Notes: generated by a model not told the origin, from the letters alone. A DNA stretch of 63,550 nt, filler included, from Octopus bimaculoides (GCF_001194135.2; 6 parts of 6 records of this genome joined end to end with filler, not necessarily neighbours in it); one strand, 5' to 3'. Shown: positions 14,067-25,889, counted from the first letter of the whole stretch. Numbers and translations are program-made.

Positions 14067-14632
14067 ATTGAGTGAGAGAGCAGTGCATGCCATCAAAGTG
14101 ATACTGGGGTAAAAAATACAAAGCCCATTATACCCATCATAACTACCCGTCTGATAAGGGTACACCAGGCACATGCATCACAACCATATGTGTGCAACAG
14201 GGTGATTGCATATCAAGATTAATAGCACATGGCCTTGCAAGTGGGGCCCAGTTAGAATATTTTTCAGGTCAAGTAGCCCATTCTGCTCAAAATGTCCCAG
14301 AATAAAGTTTGTTTAAGGATGAAGAAAAAAACACCAGTGTTTCCAGATGTAAATTATTCAAACCCCCAAAGAATTCCTCTCAACACATGGCTATGATGTT
14401 CCCCCACTACTTCTGCTCATGATCAGAGATGTATAACATCATCAGCAATGTCATCGGGGACATGCTCAACTGGTTATGGTCAAACAAATGACAAGCAAAT
14501 CTCTGGCATTGAGCAAAATATTTGCTGTAGCTCATCTTTTTATACCAAGACAAATCAATGTACATGATAACACTTCCAATCAGTTAAGAGCAGAAGCCAT
14601 GAGAGCCACTTCCTGATAATGCATCAGGGCAA
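14067..14632 (-). mobile_element. Unclassified ~560-bp interspersed repeat bounded by (AAT)n, copy 1
   Basis: Collinear with 37107-37664 from GAGTGAGAGAGCAGTGCATGCCATCAAAG to GCATCAGGGCA; ATT-rich repeats on both sides. Strand inferred from the AAT orientation. Confidence 0.8.
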
Positions 14633-14637
14633 TTATA

Positions 14638-14681
<44 letters not shown>

Positions 14682-14726
14682 TATTATTATTATTATCATT
14701 ATTATTATCATTATCATTATTTTGAT

Positions 14727-15178
14727 GGGAGTGAGGGCTAGTCAATTACATCGATCCCCAGTGCATAACTGGTACTTATTTCATAAGTCTCAAGAGGATA
14801 AAAAGTAAAGTCAACTTTGGCAGAATTTGAACTCAGAACATGCTGGTGGCATGTAAGAAGCACCGTTGAAGTGTGGTCGATGCCAGTACCACCTGACTGG
14901 CCCTCGTGCCTGTGGCACGTAAAAAGCACCCACTACACTCTCAGAGTGGTTGGCATTAGGAAGAGCATCCAGCTGTAGAAACTTTGCCAGATCAGATTGG
15001 AGCCTGGTATAGCCATCTGGCTTGCCAGCTCCCAGTCAAACCGTCCAACCCATGCCAGCATGGAAAGCAGACGTTAAATGAAGACGATGATGATGATGAT
15101 GATGATGAACATAGAGACAGAACATAAATGCCACTAAGCATTTTGTCTGATATGATAATAATTCTGCCAGATCACTGC
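14727..15178 (-). mobile_element. SINE family C interrupted by an RTE-tailed SINE (+, 14842-15106)
   Basis: Family C 3' half 14727-14841 and head 15107-15178 flank the insert; GAACAT is duplicated at 14836-14841 and 15107-15112. Confidence 0.8.
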
Positions 15179-15684
15179 TTTATGACAAAGAAATGATGAT
15201 GATGATGATGATAACAACGGCAGCAACAATAATAACAATACTGATTATAATTATTATTGCTGTTGGTGGTGGTTGTGGCTGGTAGTATTTCTATGTAAGA
15301 GGAGAGAAGTTATTGTTAAATATTTATAACAAACACAATCAGAATTACCAACTGCTTTATTCTATCATGAATCTATTATAAGAATGAAGGGAGAACTAAA
15401 TCTATTTAGCTTCAGCATTTTCTATTAGATTAATTGTGATTATTATTGTTTCTTTTTTAAACTCAATCTTATAGATTTTTAACTCCTCTCTTTTTATTTC
15501 TAATTATTTTCAGCAAATGATTATAAATAATAGTGTTTAGTATTTTTGTATTTGCTATTTCTAATTAAGGAAGCGTTATTATCACTCAGCGATTTATATT
15601 TATAAAGCAATTCCGTCCTACTGTCTTGCTCTTTAAATTCGCTTATACAATGTACATGTACCCGGTAGTGAATATGTATATCTG

Positions 15685-15835
15685 TCATCATCATCATCAT
15701 CATCGTTTAACGTCCGCTTTCCATGCTAGCATGGGTTGGACGATTTGACTGAGGACTGGTGAACCAGATGGCTGCACCAGGCTCCAATCTGATTTGGCAG
15801 AGTTTCTACAGCTGGATGCCCTTCCTAACGCCAAC
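15685..15835 (-). mobile_element. RTE-tailed SINE, 3' end
   Basis: Near-identical reverse complement of about 6620-6764. Confidence 0.9.
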
Positions 15836-16503
15836 CTGGTATTCCCGTTGTTTGAAAAATCATAGATAATTCCCCACCCCTTCCTGGGTAAATTCTTTGA
15901 GCAAAGAATCATTATCTTTCTCAATACACCTCGTCCAAGTTTCTTTCTTATCGTTGAGTTGCCTAAAATTGAAACACTCCTTTTGATCTGCAAAGCTTGT
16001 ATATGATGGAATGTTGTTGGTAGTTTTCATGGTCATTATCAGTGTTCATATCAGTTATACTGTTTCTTCTCTTTTCCAATTAATATATCCAATTAATATA
16101 TTCTGTTTTGACTTCTCCGTTGTGCAAATGCAAACATTGAGGCTCAAACTGTGTTTGTTTAGTGATTACATTGTCTGGCTTTTTATTGCTTTTTCTTTAA
16201 TTCTTAATTTATTTGGGAATAATTTGCAATGTGCTTGTTTATATTATTGCAATATTGCTTCCGCCATTGTGATGAATACATCTTCCTGTAACTTCTGTAA
16301 CAGCCATGTTGCAACACCAGTAAATATTGCAAATCACCTTATGCAGTTAAAGAGTTAAAAACAATTTTTCAACACCTCTTTATTAGATAAACTTATTTAC
16401 AAGCATACACTGCATTCCTGGCAACCAGTTCAATTTAACTAAGCCCTAAATAATAGTAAATATAGAAGCAGTGTTACCATAAACTGTTAAAGAATGTAGG
16501 TAT

Positions 16504-16551
16504 TCAGTCACTGATGAAATACTAACATTGGATTGAAACTAGTTGAGTTGA
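16504..16551 (+). ncRNA. Degenerate type-I hammerhead-like motif
   Basis: CTGATGA - AATAC..GGATT - GAAA - palindromic ACTAGT - T; stem I imperfect (TCAGTCA/GAGTTGA). Confidence 0.35.
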
Positions 16552-17437
16552 TCTCCCCACCACCACAACCACCACCACTCTCTTGTTCTAAGAAGGATCT
16601 ATTCTCATACCAGAAACCTGTTCTTGATGCTGCAACACAGTGAACACAATTAAGAGACGAGACACTAAAGAAGCAAGGAGTGTTGGTTTTAAAATAGGTG
16701 ATCAGAAATTAGGACTTCCACATAAATTAATATAAATGATTCAGGAAAAGTGTGTGAATTAAATCTATTCATAGCCACACACCTTCTTTAAAAAACATTC
16801 TTTTAGTATATATCTGTAAATACCTTAGTTAAGCTGTTGTTATTGTTATTATTATTGTTGTTGTTGTTGTTGTACCTTCATTGTTACTTACACATTATCT
16901 TGACTATTCACTCTGGGAATCTTTCTGTTTTGCTTTTTATTTTTATTTTTCAGTTTCTATTTTGACCTTCGTGTTTTTTTTTTTTTATATTTTGTTTTTC
17001 TCATCGCACACAAACACCGGGTCTTTTAATCTTTGTAAGCCTCTTGATCAGGCGATATTTGGTGAGAACTAAATTGTCATGATAAGTGATAGGGCTTCAA
17101 GGCTCATGTGTCCTTGAAAGTATATGACCTAACTAAAGAAACATTTATCTAACACAAAACAATTACATGGACACTGTACATGGCTGCTCCGACTGTTAAA
17201 AAATAGCAGTCGTATCGCCATCAAATTATAAAAATGGAAGGACACATTGGATTAAACAAAGGGAAATTACTATGAAGCTGACCGTTATTAAGACAAACAA
17301 AAAGAGCTATTAGAATGACCGTTAAATGAAGGGCAAAAACTCGAAAGGGAAGAAAGTAAAATATGCCTATAGAATTTGCATATGCACGCATGTACATACA
17401 TGTTTAATGGTCTTTTACATAACATTTTTGTTTGTCT

Positions 17438-17500
17438 TAATAACTGATGAGATGACGGAGCAGATTTCCGCCCCGACATCCAAAACTCGGAGTTTTATTA
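17438..17500 (+). ncRNA. Type-I hammerhead-like motif with mutated G12
   Basis: Stem I TAATAA/TTATTA, core CTGATGA, stem II GATG/CATC with inner hairpin, CAAAAC in place of CGAAAC, stem III ACT/AGT, site GTT. Confidence 0.55.
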
Positions 17501-17587
17501 TGGCAACCGACTGATTGTCACATATTATATTACAGATACATTCCTCTACATGATATCGAGGTCTCATCCATTCTTTTGTTGTCATAC

Positions 17588-17619
<32 letters not shown>

Positions 17620-17622
17620 GTC

Positions 17623-17668
<46 letters not shown>

Positions 17669-17671
<3 letters not shown>

Positions 17672-17990
17672 AAGATCCTGGAAGGAATTGTGCCAAATTT
17701 TGGCATTGAAAGCTACACCAATGCCAGAACGGGACGACACTGAATAGTGCCAAAGATCCCAGCAATGCCATCGCGCTTCAGGACCAGTTACTGCAACAGC
17801 TTGGGATTCAGGGGCCCACAGCTTTTTAATATTCTCCCAAAGAGCCTGAGGAATCTGCACAAAGTAGATGTAGGAGTTTTTAAATCAAAGTTGGACCTCT
17901 TCCTATCGAGAGTCCCAGATGAACCTACCTCGCGGCAGGAGGTGCAAATGAGGGTTGCTAAATCAAACTCCATTCTTCACCAAGTGCCAC
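17669..17990 (+). mobile_element. CR1-like LINE, 3' fragment of ORF2
   Basis: WKILEGIVPNFGIESYTNARTGRH*IVPKIPAMPSRFRTSYCNSLGFRGPQLFNILPKSLRNLHKVDVGVFKSKLDLFLSRVPDEP is a typical CR1/L2-group C-terminus; one in-frame stop. Confidence 0.8.
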
Positions 17991-18071
17991 ATGTTGTAAG
18001 AGGCTCCCTGTAATAACAGTGTAGCAACACGGTGGTGCATCAGCATGGCCGCAGCTCTAAGCTGAAACTTA

Positions 18072-18105
<34 letters not shown>

Positions 18106-19004
18106 TAACAAAGAGGGTATGTGCATGATGTGTGTTTATGCGTATAAACAGAAGAATATGTAGAGGTGTTTCTTTGTATGCATGCATGTGTGCATACGTG
18201 TATGTATGTGTGTGCCTGTCCACAAGCAAGCCAACACCTTCCTTCACCAAACACATACCCACATGCACACATGTGCGCGCTCGCACACACAAACACACAC
18301 ACACACACATGCACACAAACTAACAATGCATAATTGCAAGGCATTTAGAATTTAGTATAAAACCAATGGTGCTGAATAGCAACAGACATTGTCTACTCCC
18401 AAGTCTACACAGTCAACATACAGAAGTGTTTAGACAGACATTGTATTACAGCTGTCTTGTCTTCCATTGTGTCAAAAGTTCTTTAAAATGCTTGCCCAAA
18501 GGACATAGGAATATGACAATGGTAGATATTGGAACATTTTAAAGAATAACCTTCTGATAGTTGATCTCTAACTTTTGTGATAAACCATATTTTATACATA
18601 ACAATAAAATTACAGCAGACACTAGAAGCTTATTGACACAGAACATTTTTATTTATTTATTTATTTATTTATTTCAATCAAACTTCATGAAAAATTGTCA
18701 GAATCTTGAAAATGATGCACAAAACGCCTTGCAGTATTTGTTCTGTCACTTTTTGTTCTGAATTCATAATTATACTGAGGTCAACTCAGCTGTTCATCCT
18801 TTTGTGTCTAATAAAACAGAGCAGCAACCAAATAGTGAGAAGCCAATTCTAATGAACTGCTCAGCTGTACTGACATGCAACAGGCTAGCATTGGTGTTTC
18901 AGATGTTATGTACAAAATATCTATGTTATGTGTACCTGTGTCTATATAAGCCAAATACACACATACATACATACACGCATGCATATGTTAAAGTCTGTCA
19001 TACC

Positions 19005-19044
19005 GGCCATGACGAAGGGAAATAGCCCTGAAACTCGAGTCGCC
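19005..19044 (+). ncRNA. Minimal type-I hammerhead-like motif with 8-nt palindromic stem III
   Basis: GGC-CATGACGA-AGGG AAATAG CCCT-GAA-ACTCGAGT-C-GCC; one extra A in the core. Confidence 0.5.
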
Positions 19045-19802
19045 TTTATATATTTATATTTATATATTTATATATTTGATCCTTTATATTGAACACTCAA
19101 TATTTCATCTACATTCAATACTTTCTTTCATGGTGCCATCCTTATTTTATTTTATATTAAATATTGTATATTATATTATATATTGTATATTCCATATTCT
19201 ATACCCCACATTGGTTCTGCAGGAATATAAATAAAACATAAAAAACAGACAGTGTTGGAACTCTTTTAAACAAAATAATATATTCCTCTATACACAATCA
19301 TACAAAAAAACCCCACCTTTTTTGTATTTANNNNNNNNNNNNNNNNNNNNNNNNNNNNNNNNNNNNNNNNNNNNNNNNNNNNNNNNNNNNNNNNNNNNNN
19401 NNNNNNNNNNNNNNNNNNNNNNNNNNNNNNNNNNNNNNNNNNNNNNNNNNNNNNNNNNNNNNNNNNNNNNNNNNNNNNNNNNNNNNNNNNNNNNNNNNNN
19501 NNNNNNNNNNNNNNNNNNNNNNNNNNNNNNNNNNNNNNNNNNNNNNNNNNNNNNNNNNNNNNNNNNNNNNNNNNNNNNNNNNNNNNNNNNNNNNNNNNNN
19601 NNNNNNNNNNNNNNNNNNNNNNNNNNNNNNNNNNNNNNNNNNNNNNNNNNNNNNNNNNNNNNNNNNNNNNNNNNNNNNNNNNNNNNNNNNNNNNNNNNNN
19701 NNNNNNNNNNNNNNNNNNNNNNNNNNNNNNNNNNNNNNNNNNNNNNNNNNNNNNNNNNNNNNNNNNNNNNNNNNNNNNNNNNNNNNNNNNNNNNNNATAT
19801 AT

Positions 19803-19962
19803 ATGGGAGAATTTATGAAAAAAACAACAGACGAAGACAGGTGGTGTAAACAACAAATGGATGTATTAGTATAACGCTCGGGAATAGAGAAAGTCTTTGA
19901 CGTTTCGAGCCTACGCTCTTCCACAGAAAGGAACACAGAAAGAAACAAGGAGAGAAAAAATA
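19803..19962 (-). mobile_element. Penelope-like pLTR-type repeat carrying a hammerhead variant, copy 1
   Basis: Near-identical to 26977-27132 and partly to 47548-47640; contains the motif at 19895-19930. Confidence 0.7.
19895..19930 (-). ncRNA. Minimal type-I hammerhead-like motif, CUGUGGA core variant
   Basis: Minus strand: CTTT-CTGTGGA-A-GAGC GTAG GCTC-GAA-ACGT-C-AAAG. Confidence 0.6.
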
Positions 19963-20191
19963 TAAATGTAGTGATGAAAAATAGTCAGAAATAATGGGTT
20001 ATGTAGATTTATTCATTTATTTATTTATTTATATGCTTGCAACTGTGCCTTCGTGGTTCAATCCTACCAATCAATTGATTGGTCAGATTGAACTATGATG
20101 CTAGCTCCTTCAGAGCCAAAACAAACTAACTGAAAGTGCATAAATAAACAAATAAATGCACATAAACTTTTATTTCTGGTTATTATACATG

Positions 20192-20252
<61 letters not shown>

Positions 20253-20365
20253 ATATATATGTATGNNNNNNNNNNNNNNNNNNNNNNNNNNNNNNNNNNN
20301 NNNNNNNNNTTAATTAATTAANNNNNNNNNNNNNNNNNNNNNNNNNNNNNNNNNNNNNNNNNNNN

Positions 20366-20745
20366 TATATGCATGCGAGGATGTTCAAAATGCATCCGAT
20401 TTTATTTTCCAAAATTAACGCTGCATGGGTAAAATCCTTTGGGTGGGAAATGACGCCACCCTTCCTACGCATGCGTGAAATTTTCGCGTTGGTATGCTGC
20501 GTCAGTTCCGCATCCGGGTGGGGGACACCCTCTGTGGGCACGGTCTGCAGTGCTGTTGGGGTTGTATTGCTGTTGCAGGCGATAAATGGTGCTGATATGG
20601 ACATTGTAAACATTTGCAACAACCAGGGCACGATACCCTGCTTGCAATCGGCCGATAGCTTGTTCTCTCTGTGCTGCTAACAATAGGGTCATACCTGATG
20701 TGTTCAAATTACGAACGCAGTTCAAGTTGATTTTTATACTATAGC
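20366..20745 (-). mobile_element. Tc1-like transposon, internally deleted remnant
   Basis: MTLLLAAQREQAIGRLQAGYRALVVANVYNVHISTIYRLQQQYN resembles a Tc1 N-terminal HTH; joined to a MRRKGG.. remnant of the Tc1 C-terminus. Confidence 0.7.
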
Positions 20746-22091
20746 GTCGAGCCAACCAAAGCCTTGTGAGTGGATTTGGTAGACGGAAACTGAGAGAATC
20801 CCGCCATATATATATTTATGTGTATATTTCACGCGACTTAATTCTAATAAACGCTAAGATAAAAGTATGACGTTTAAAATTTTAGCTTAAACTAAAGCTT
20901 GGATAAGATAAGTATTAAATTTATTTTCAGCAATATAGTTAAATGTTTATCTTTTATTTATTGGTAAAATAAGTATTTTTATATAAATTCATTTGATAAT
21001 TATTGTTAGTCGATATATATACATTGGTTTTATTATTATTATTGTATTTTGACCTGACGATTAGCTATATTTTTTAATAGAATTGATTTTCAAGCGATTT
21101 ATTTTGAATCGATTTGATTTCTTATTTGATTTTTTCATTTTCTATTTGAAAATATGGTTATGAAAAACGTGTAATCATTTTTACTATTTCAATATTTATT
21201 ACTTTGTACTTTGTGATTTTTATTATAGGTCTTTGTAGTGTATTTACTTATAAAATTTTTCTATATGTGATTATGGGTTTTCATAGATGAATTAAATAAT
21301 TGTGTTTTTTTTTTCTCTAAATTATATATATATATATATATNNNNNNNNNNNNNNNNNNNNNNNNNNNNNNNNNNNNNNNNNNNNNNNNNNNNNNNNNNN
21401 NNNNNNNNNNNNNNNNNNNNNNNNNNNNNNNNNNNNNNNNNNNNNNNNNNNNNNNNNNNNNNNNNNNNNNNNNNNNNNNNNNNNNNNNNNNNNNNNNNNN
21501 NNNNNNNNNNNNNNNNNNNNNNNNNNNNNNNNNNNNNNNNNNNNNNNNNNNNNNNNNNNNNNNNNNNNNNNNNNNNNNNNNNNNNNNNNNNNNNNNNNNN
21601 NNNNNNNNNNNNNNNNNNNNNNNNNNNNNNNNNNNNNNNNNNNNNNNNNNNNNNNNNNNNNNNNNNNNNNNNNNNNNNNNNNNNNNNNNNNNNNNNNNNN
21701 NNNNNNNNNNNNNNNNNNNNNNNNNNNNNNNNNNNNNNNNNNNNNNNNNNNNNNNNNNNNNNNNNNNNNNNNNNNNNNNNNNNNNNNNNNNNNNNNNNNN
21801 NNNNNNNNNNNNNNNNNNNNNNNNNNNNNNNNNNNNNNNNNNNNNNNNNNNNNNNNNNNNNNNNNNNNNNNNNNNNNNNNNNNNNNNNNNNNNNNNNNNN
21901 NNNNNNNNNNNNNNNNNNNNNNNNNNNNNNNNNNNNNNNNNNNNNNNNNNNNNNNNNNNNNNNNNNNNNNNNNNNNNNNNNNNNNNNNNNNNNNNNNNNN
22001 NNNNNNNNNNNNNNNNNNNNNNNNNNNNNNNNNNNNNNNNNNNNNNNNNNNNNNNNNNNNNNNNNNNNNNNNNNNNNNNNNNNNNNNNNNN

Positions 22092-22272
22092 TTGTTCGAC
22101 TAAAAGGCGGTGTTCCAGCATAGCCGTAATTAAATAACTGAAATAAGTAAAAGAAAAAAGAATATATATATATATATATACGACGGCTTTCACCCTCTTT
22201 CTGCCTACCAAATTCACTCACAAGACATTAGTTGAAGATACTTATTCAAGATACTGCGCAGTGGAACTCAAT
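22092..22272 (-). mobile_element. SINE family A fragments
   Basis: GTTCCAGCATAGCCGTAATTAAATAACTGAAATAAGTAAAAG (family A tail, read on +) followed by the ACCAAATTCACTCACAAG body (read on -). Confidence 0.65.
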
Positions 22273-22928
22273 ACGCCTGGCAGGAAATTCATGTGGGAGG
22301 GTAACCTGCGAACTAAATGCAAACACCGTTGAGAGTGGACCTCTTTGGTGTACATGTAACATACTTGATATTAATAACCAATCTCACAAAACTCATTTTT
22401 CGTCTATATAAATTGATCATTTATAAGTTTTGAGAAGTAGGGGACCAACGGTGGCATGAATCATCAGCTTCGGTGAAATAAATTCTATGATTGCATGTAT
22501 TAATTCTTTCTCCTCTTGCGTTTATACTTAATTATGTAAATATGCATGTATGTGTGTATATGTAAATAAATATTTACAGGTATGTGTGTGTATTTTCGTG
22601 TGTGTATAAATATATATGTATGTGCACGTGTATGTACGCACACATACAAACCCAGTAATATGTAGCCGAATAAACCTCATATATATATGTATATACACAA
22701 AACTATTGCTACATGTTAACTATGTGAGTATGTTTTTGTGTGTGTACGTCTCTGTGTGTCTGTTGCGTGGTAGGGGTTGTTCTGTGCATACGTTTGTGCT
22801 AGTGTGTCAAATGTGGATATGGGTTTGTGCGCATGTACAAATATGTTTTTGTNNNNNNNNNNTAGCATACAAAATTAGTATACATTCATATATGTATGAA
22901 TGTACACTAATTTCATATGAAAAATATG

Positions 22929-22989
<61 letters not shown>

Positions 22990-23948
22990 GAGTGTGTGGG
23001 TGTGTATATATATATATATATGTATATACACAAAACTATTGCTACATGTTAACTATGTGAGTATGTTTTTGTGTGTGTACGTCTCTGTGTGTCTGTTGCG
23101 TGGTAGGGGTTGTTCTGTGCATACGTTTGTGCTAGTGTGTCAAATGTGGATATGGGTTTGTGCGCATGTACAAATATGTTTTTGTATACAAGTAAGCATC
23201 AACCTCGGTTCTATAAAATATAGTGTAATGACGAATGAAAAATAGAAGGCAACAGCGAAAGAGGGAAAGTGAGATAAAGAGAAGAGTGAGAGAGGAAGAG
23301 AGGGAGAGTGAAAGAGAGAGAAATACAATACCGACAAAACTCTATAACAATCATGGTCAAAGTACGGCCGCGAAATGTCTTGAATGGCCTACCTAACGAA
23401 AAATTACCTAGATTTTTTTTTAGTAGTGTAGATCACATGATGTTGAGCCATGTCTCATGCAGGCCGCTTCTCGAAAAAGATTGCGCATTCCTGCTCTATG
23501 AATATGATAACTGTGTACGCAGTTAGCATTGCTTCCAGCAATCTGACCTTGTACTAATATCAATAATATTTTTTATGGTAAGTAGTTAATTTTGATACGA
23601 ACGCGATTTTGTTCTAATTTGTTCAATATATAGAATGCATTGTAGTATTTTATGTAAGGAATATAATCAGTGCAAAAACCATTCTGTATTTGCTTTTAAA
23701 TGCAAAAACATTTTTTGTCACTAACTCGTGATGGATTAGCAGTAGAATCTTTATAAAAATTGGTTCATTAAATATGCTTTCGGTTGAGTGAACTGATATA
23801 TTAGGGGTCATTGTAGTAGTAGTAGTAGCAGTTTGTAGTTGCAGTAATGTGTAGTGTTTATGGTGTTGGTGGTAACAGTATAGCTGTGTTAGTAGAATAA
23901 TGGAGATGATAGTTGTAGTATAATTGTGTTAGCAGAGTGATGGAGATG

Positions 23949-23998
<50 letters not shown>

Positions 23999-24222
23999 TT
24001 TACTTTTTATTGTTGCTGCTGTGGTGGTAGCTGTTCTTGAAATTCCAATTAACCTCATCGAGTGGATCTATAATCTAACATGTTCTCTCCTAGAATATTC
24101 TGTCGCTGGCTCAAACATAGTGTATCTAGGACTACAATATCCAATGTGTTAATAGATTTTGTTAGGACGGAAGAGTGAAACCCAGGGACGAATGGCTGCT
24201 ATATCTAATAGTTTTACTTCGT

Positions 24223-24608
24223 GGAGGTGCAATGGCCCAGTGGTTAGGGCAGCGGACTCGCGGTCGTAGGATCGCGGTTTCGATTCCTAGACCGGGCATT
24301 GTGGGTGTTTATTGAGCGAAAACACCTAAAGCTCCACGAGGCTCCGGCAGGGGATGGTGGTGAACCCTGATGTACTCTTTCACCACAACTTTCTCTCACT
24401 CTTACTTCCTGTTTCTGTTGAGCCTGTAATTCAAAGGGTCAGCCTTGTCACACTGTGTTACGTTGAATATCCCCGAGAACTACGTTAAGGGTACACGTGT
24501 CTGTGGAGTGCTCAGCCATTTGCACGTTAATTTCAGGAGCAGGCTGTTCCGTTGATCTGATCAACTGGAACCCTGGACGTCGTAAGCGACAGAATGCCAA
24601 CAACAACA
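24223..24608 (+). mobile_element. tRNA-derived SINE family B (probably tRNA-Arg-like head), full length
   Basis: Head GGAGGTGCAATGGCCCAGTGGTTAGGGCAGCGGACTCGCGGTCGTAGGATCGCGGTTTCGATTCC with A/B boxes; tail (CAA)n. Same head at 50341. Confidence 0.85.
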
Positions 24609-25889
24609 AAGGCTACTTCATTAGTTGGTTGTTTGGGCGAATGTCATCATTGCTGGTATCATTTAACCGCAGGATGACAATAAAGAAGACACTATGATGA
24701 AAAATTTTAGCCGTGGCCATCCCGTATCCTTTAAAGGCATAGTATATCGATACATAAATCATGTAATGTGTTCTGTTTTTAAACATTATAATGTCGTTTT
24801 AAGAGGATTAGTCGGCTCTTTTTAAGGAGACGAATCATCGTATATAGGCAATTTCTTACCTTCGTGGTAAAGTGTTTGGGTGTTATCATTGCTGTAGTTA
24901 ACTCCAAGAGAAATTCAATTGAACAGACACGATCAAAAGCGGCCCTGAAGTAACAATCCTTTTTGTTCTCGGATAATAGTTTAGTTAAAGAGGGACAGGA
25001 TATAGTTTCAGAAAAGCATGGTTGTCATTTATAGGAGATAGAGAAGCTGCGTTGAAGTTCTCTGAATTGTTTGAGATAACAATGTCTTGCGTGTTTAATG
25101 GGCACAAATTTCGTGTCTTCGCACGGTATACTTTACACTCAGTAATTGAATGTTGAACAGCTGCATTTCTGTAAACAATGTAGTTTGATTATTATATAGT
25201 TTTGCTAATCAAACACACACAGACACACAGAATGACGTACACATGTATATATATANNNNNNNNNNNNNNNNNNNNNNNNNNNNNNNNNNNNNNNNNNNNN
25301 NNNNNNNNNNNNNNNNNNNNNNNNNNNNNNNNNNNNNNNNNNNNNNNNNNNNNNNNNNNNNNNNNNNNNNNNNNNNNNNNNNNNNNNNNNNNNNNNNNNN
25401 NNNNNNNNNNNNNNNNNNNNNNNNNNNNNNNNNNNNNNNNNNNNNNNNNNNNNNNNNNNNNNNNNNNNNNNNNNNNNNNNNNNNNNNNNNNNNNNNNNNN
25501 NNNNNNNNNNNNNNNNNNNNNNNNNNNNNNNNNNNNNNNNNNNNNNNNNNNNNNNNNNNNNNNNNNNNNNNNNNNNNNNNNNNNNNNNNNNNNNNNNNNN
25601 NNNNNNNNNNNNNNNNNNNNNNNNNNNNNNNNNNNNNNNNNNNNNNNNNNNNNNNNNNNNNNNNNNNNNNNNNNNNNNNNNNNNNNNNNNNNNNNNNNNN
25701 NNNNNNNNNNNNNNNNNNNNNNNNNNNNNNNNNNNNNNNNNNNNNNNNNNNNNNNNNNNNNNNNNNNNNNNNNNNNNNNNNNNNNNNNNNNNNNNNNNNN
25801 NNNNNNNNNNNNNNNNNNNNNNNNNNNNNNNNNNNNNNNNNNNNNNNNNNNNNNNNNNNNNNNNNNNNNNNNTATATACATATATACGT

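Noticed and set aside
15835-16360. Unique stretch with short protein-like frames on the minus strand
   Set aside because: Frames are broken, no splice-consistent model, and no family recognised.
20310-20321. TTAATTAATTAA embedded in N runs (also 27669, 42579, 47991, 55590)
   Set aside because: Identical 12-mer centred in gaps with stops in all six frames; an artificial scaffolding spacer.
22680-23185. Identical ~170-bp direct duplication
   Set aside because: The first copy ends exactly at a gap and the identity appears complete; most likely a contig-overlap artefact.
24223-24297. tRNA-like sequence as a real tRNA gene (also 46645, 50341, 42085, 29020)
   Set aside because: No acceptor-stem pairing, and the sequence continues into SINE bodies.
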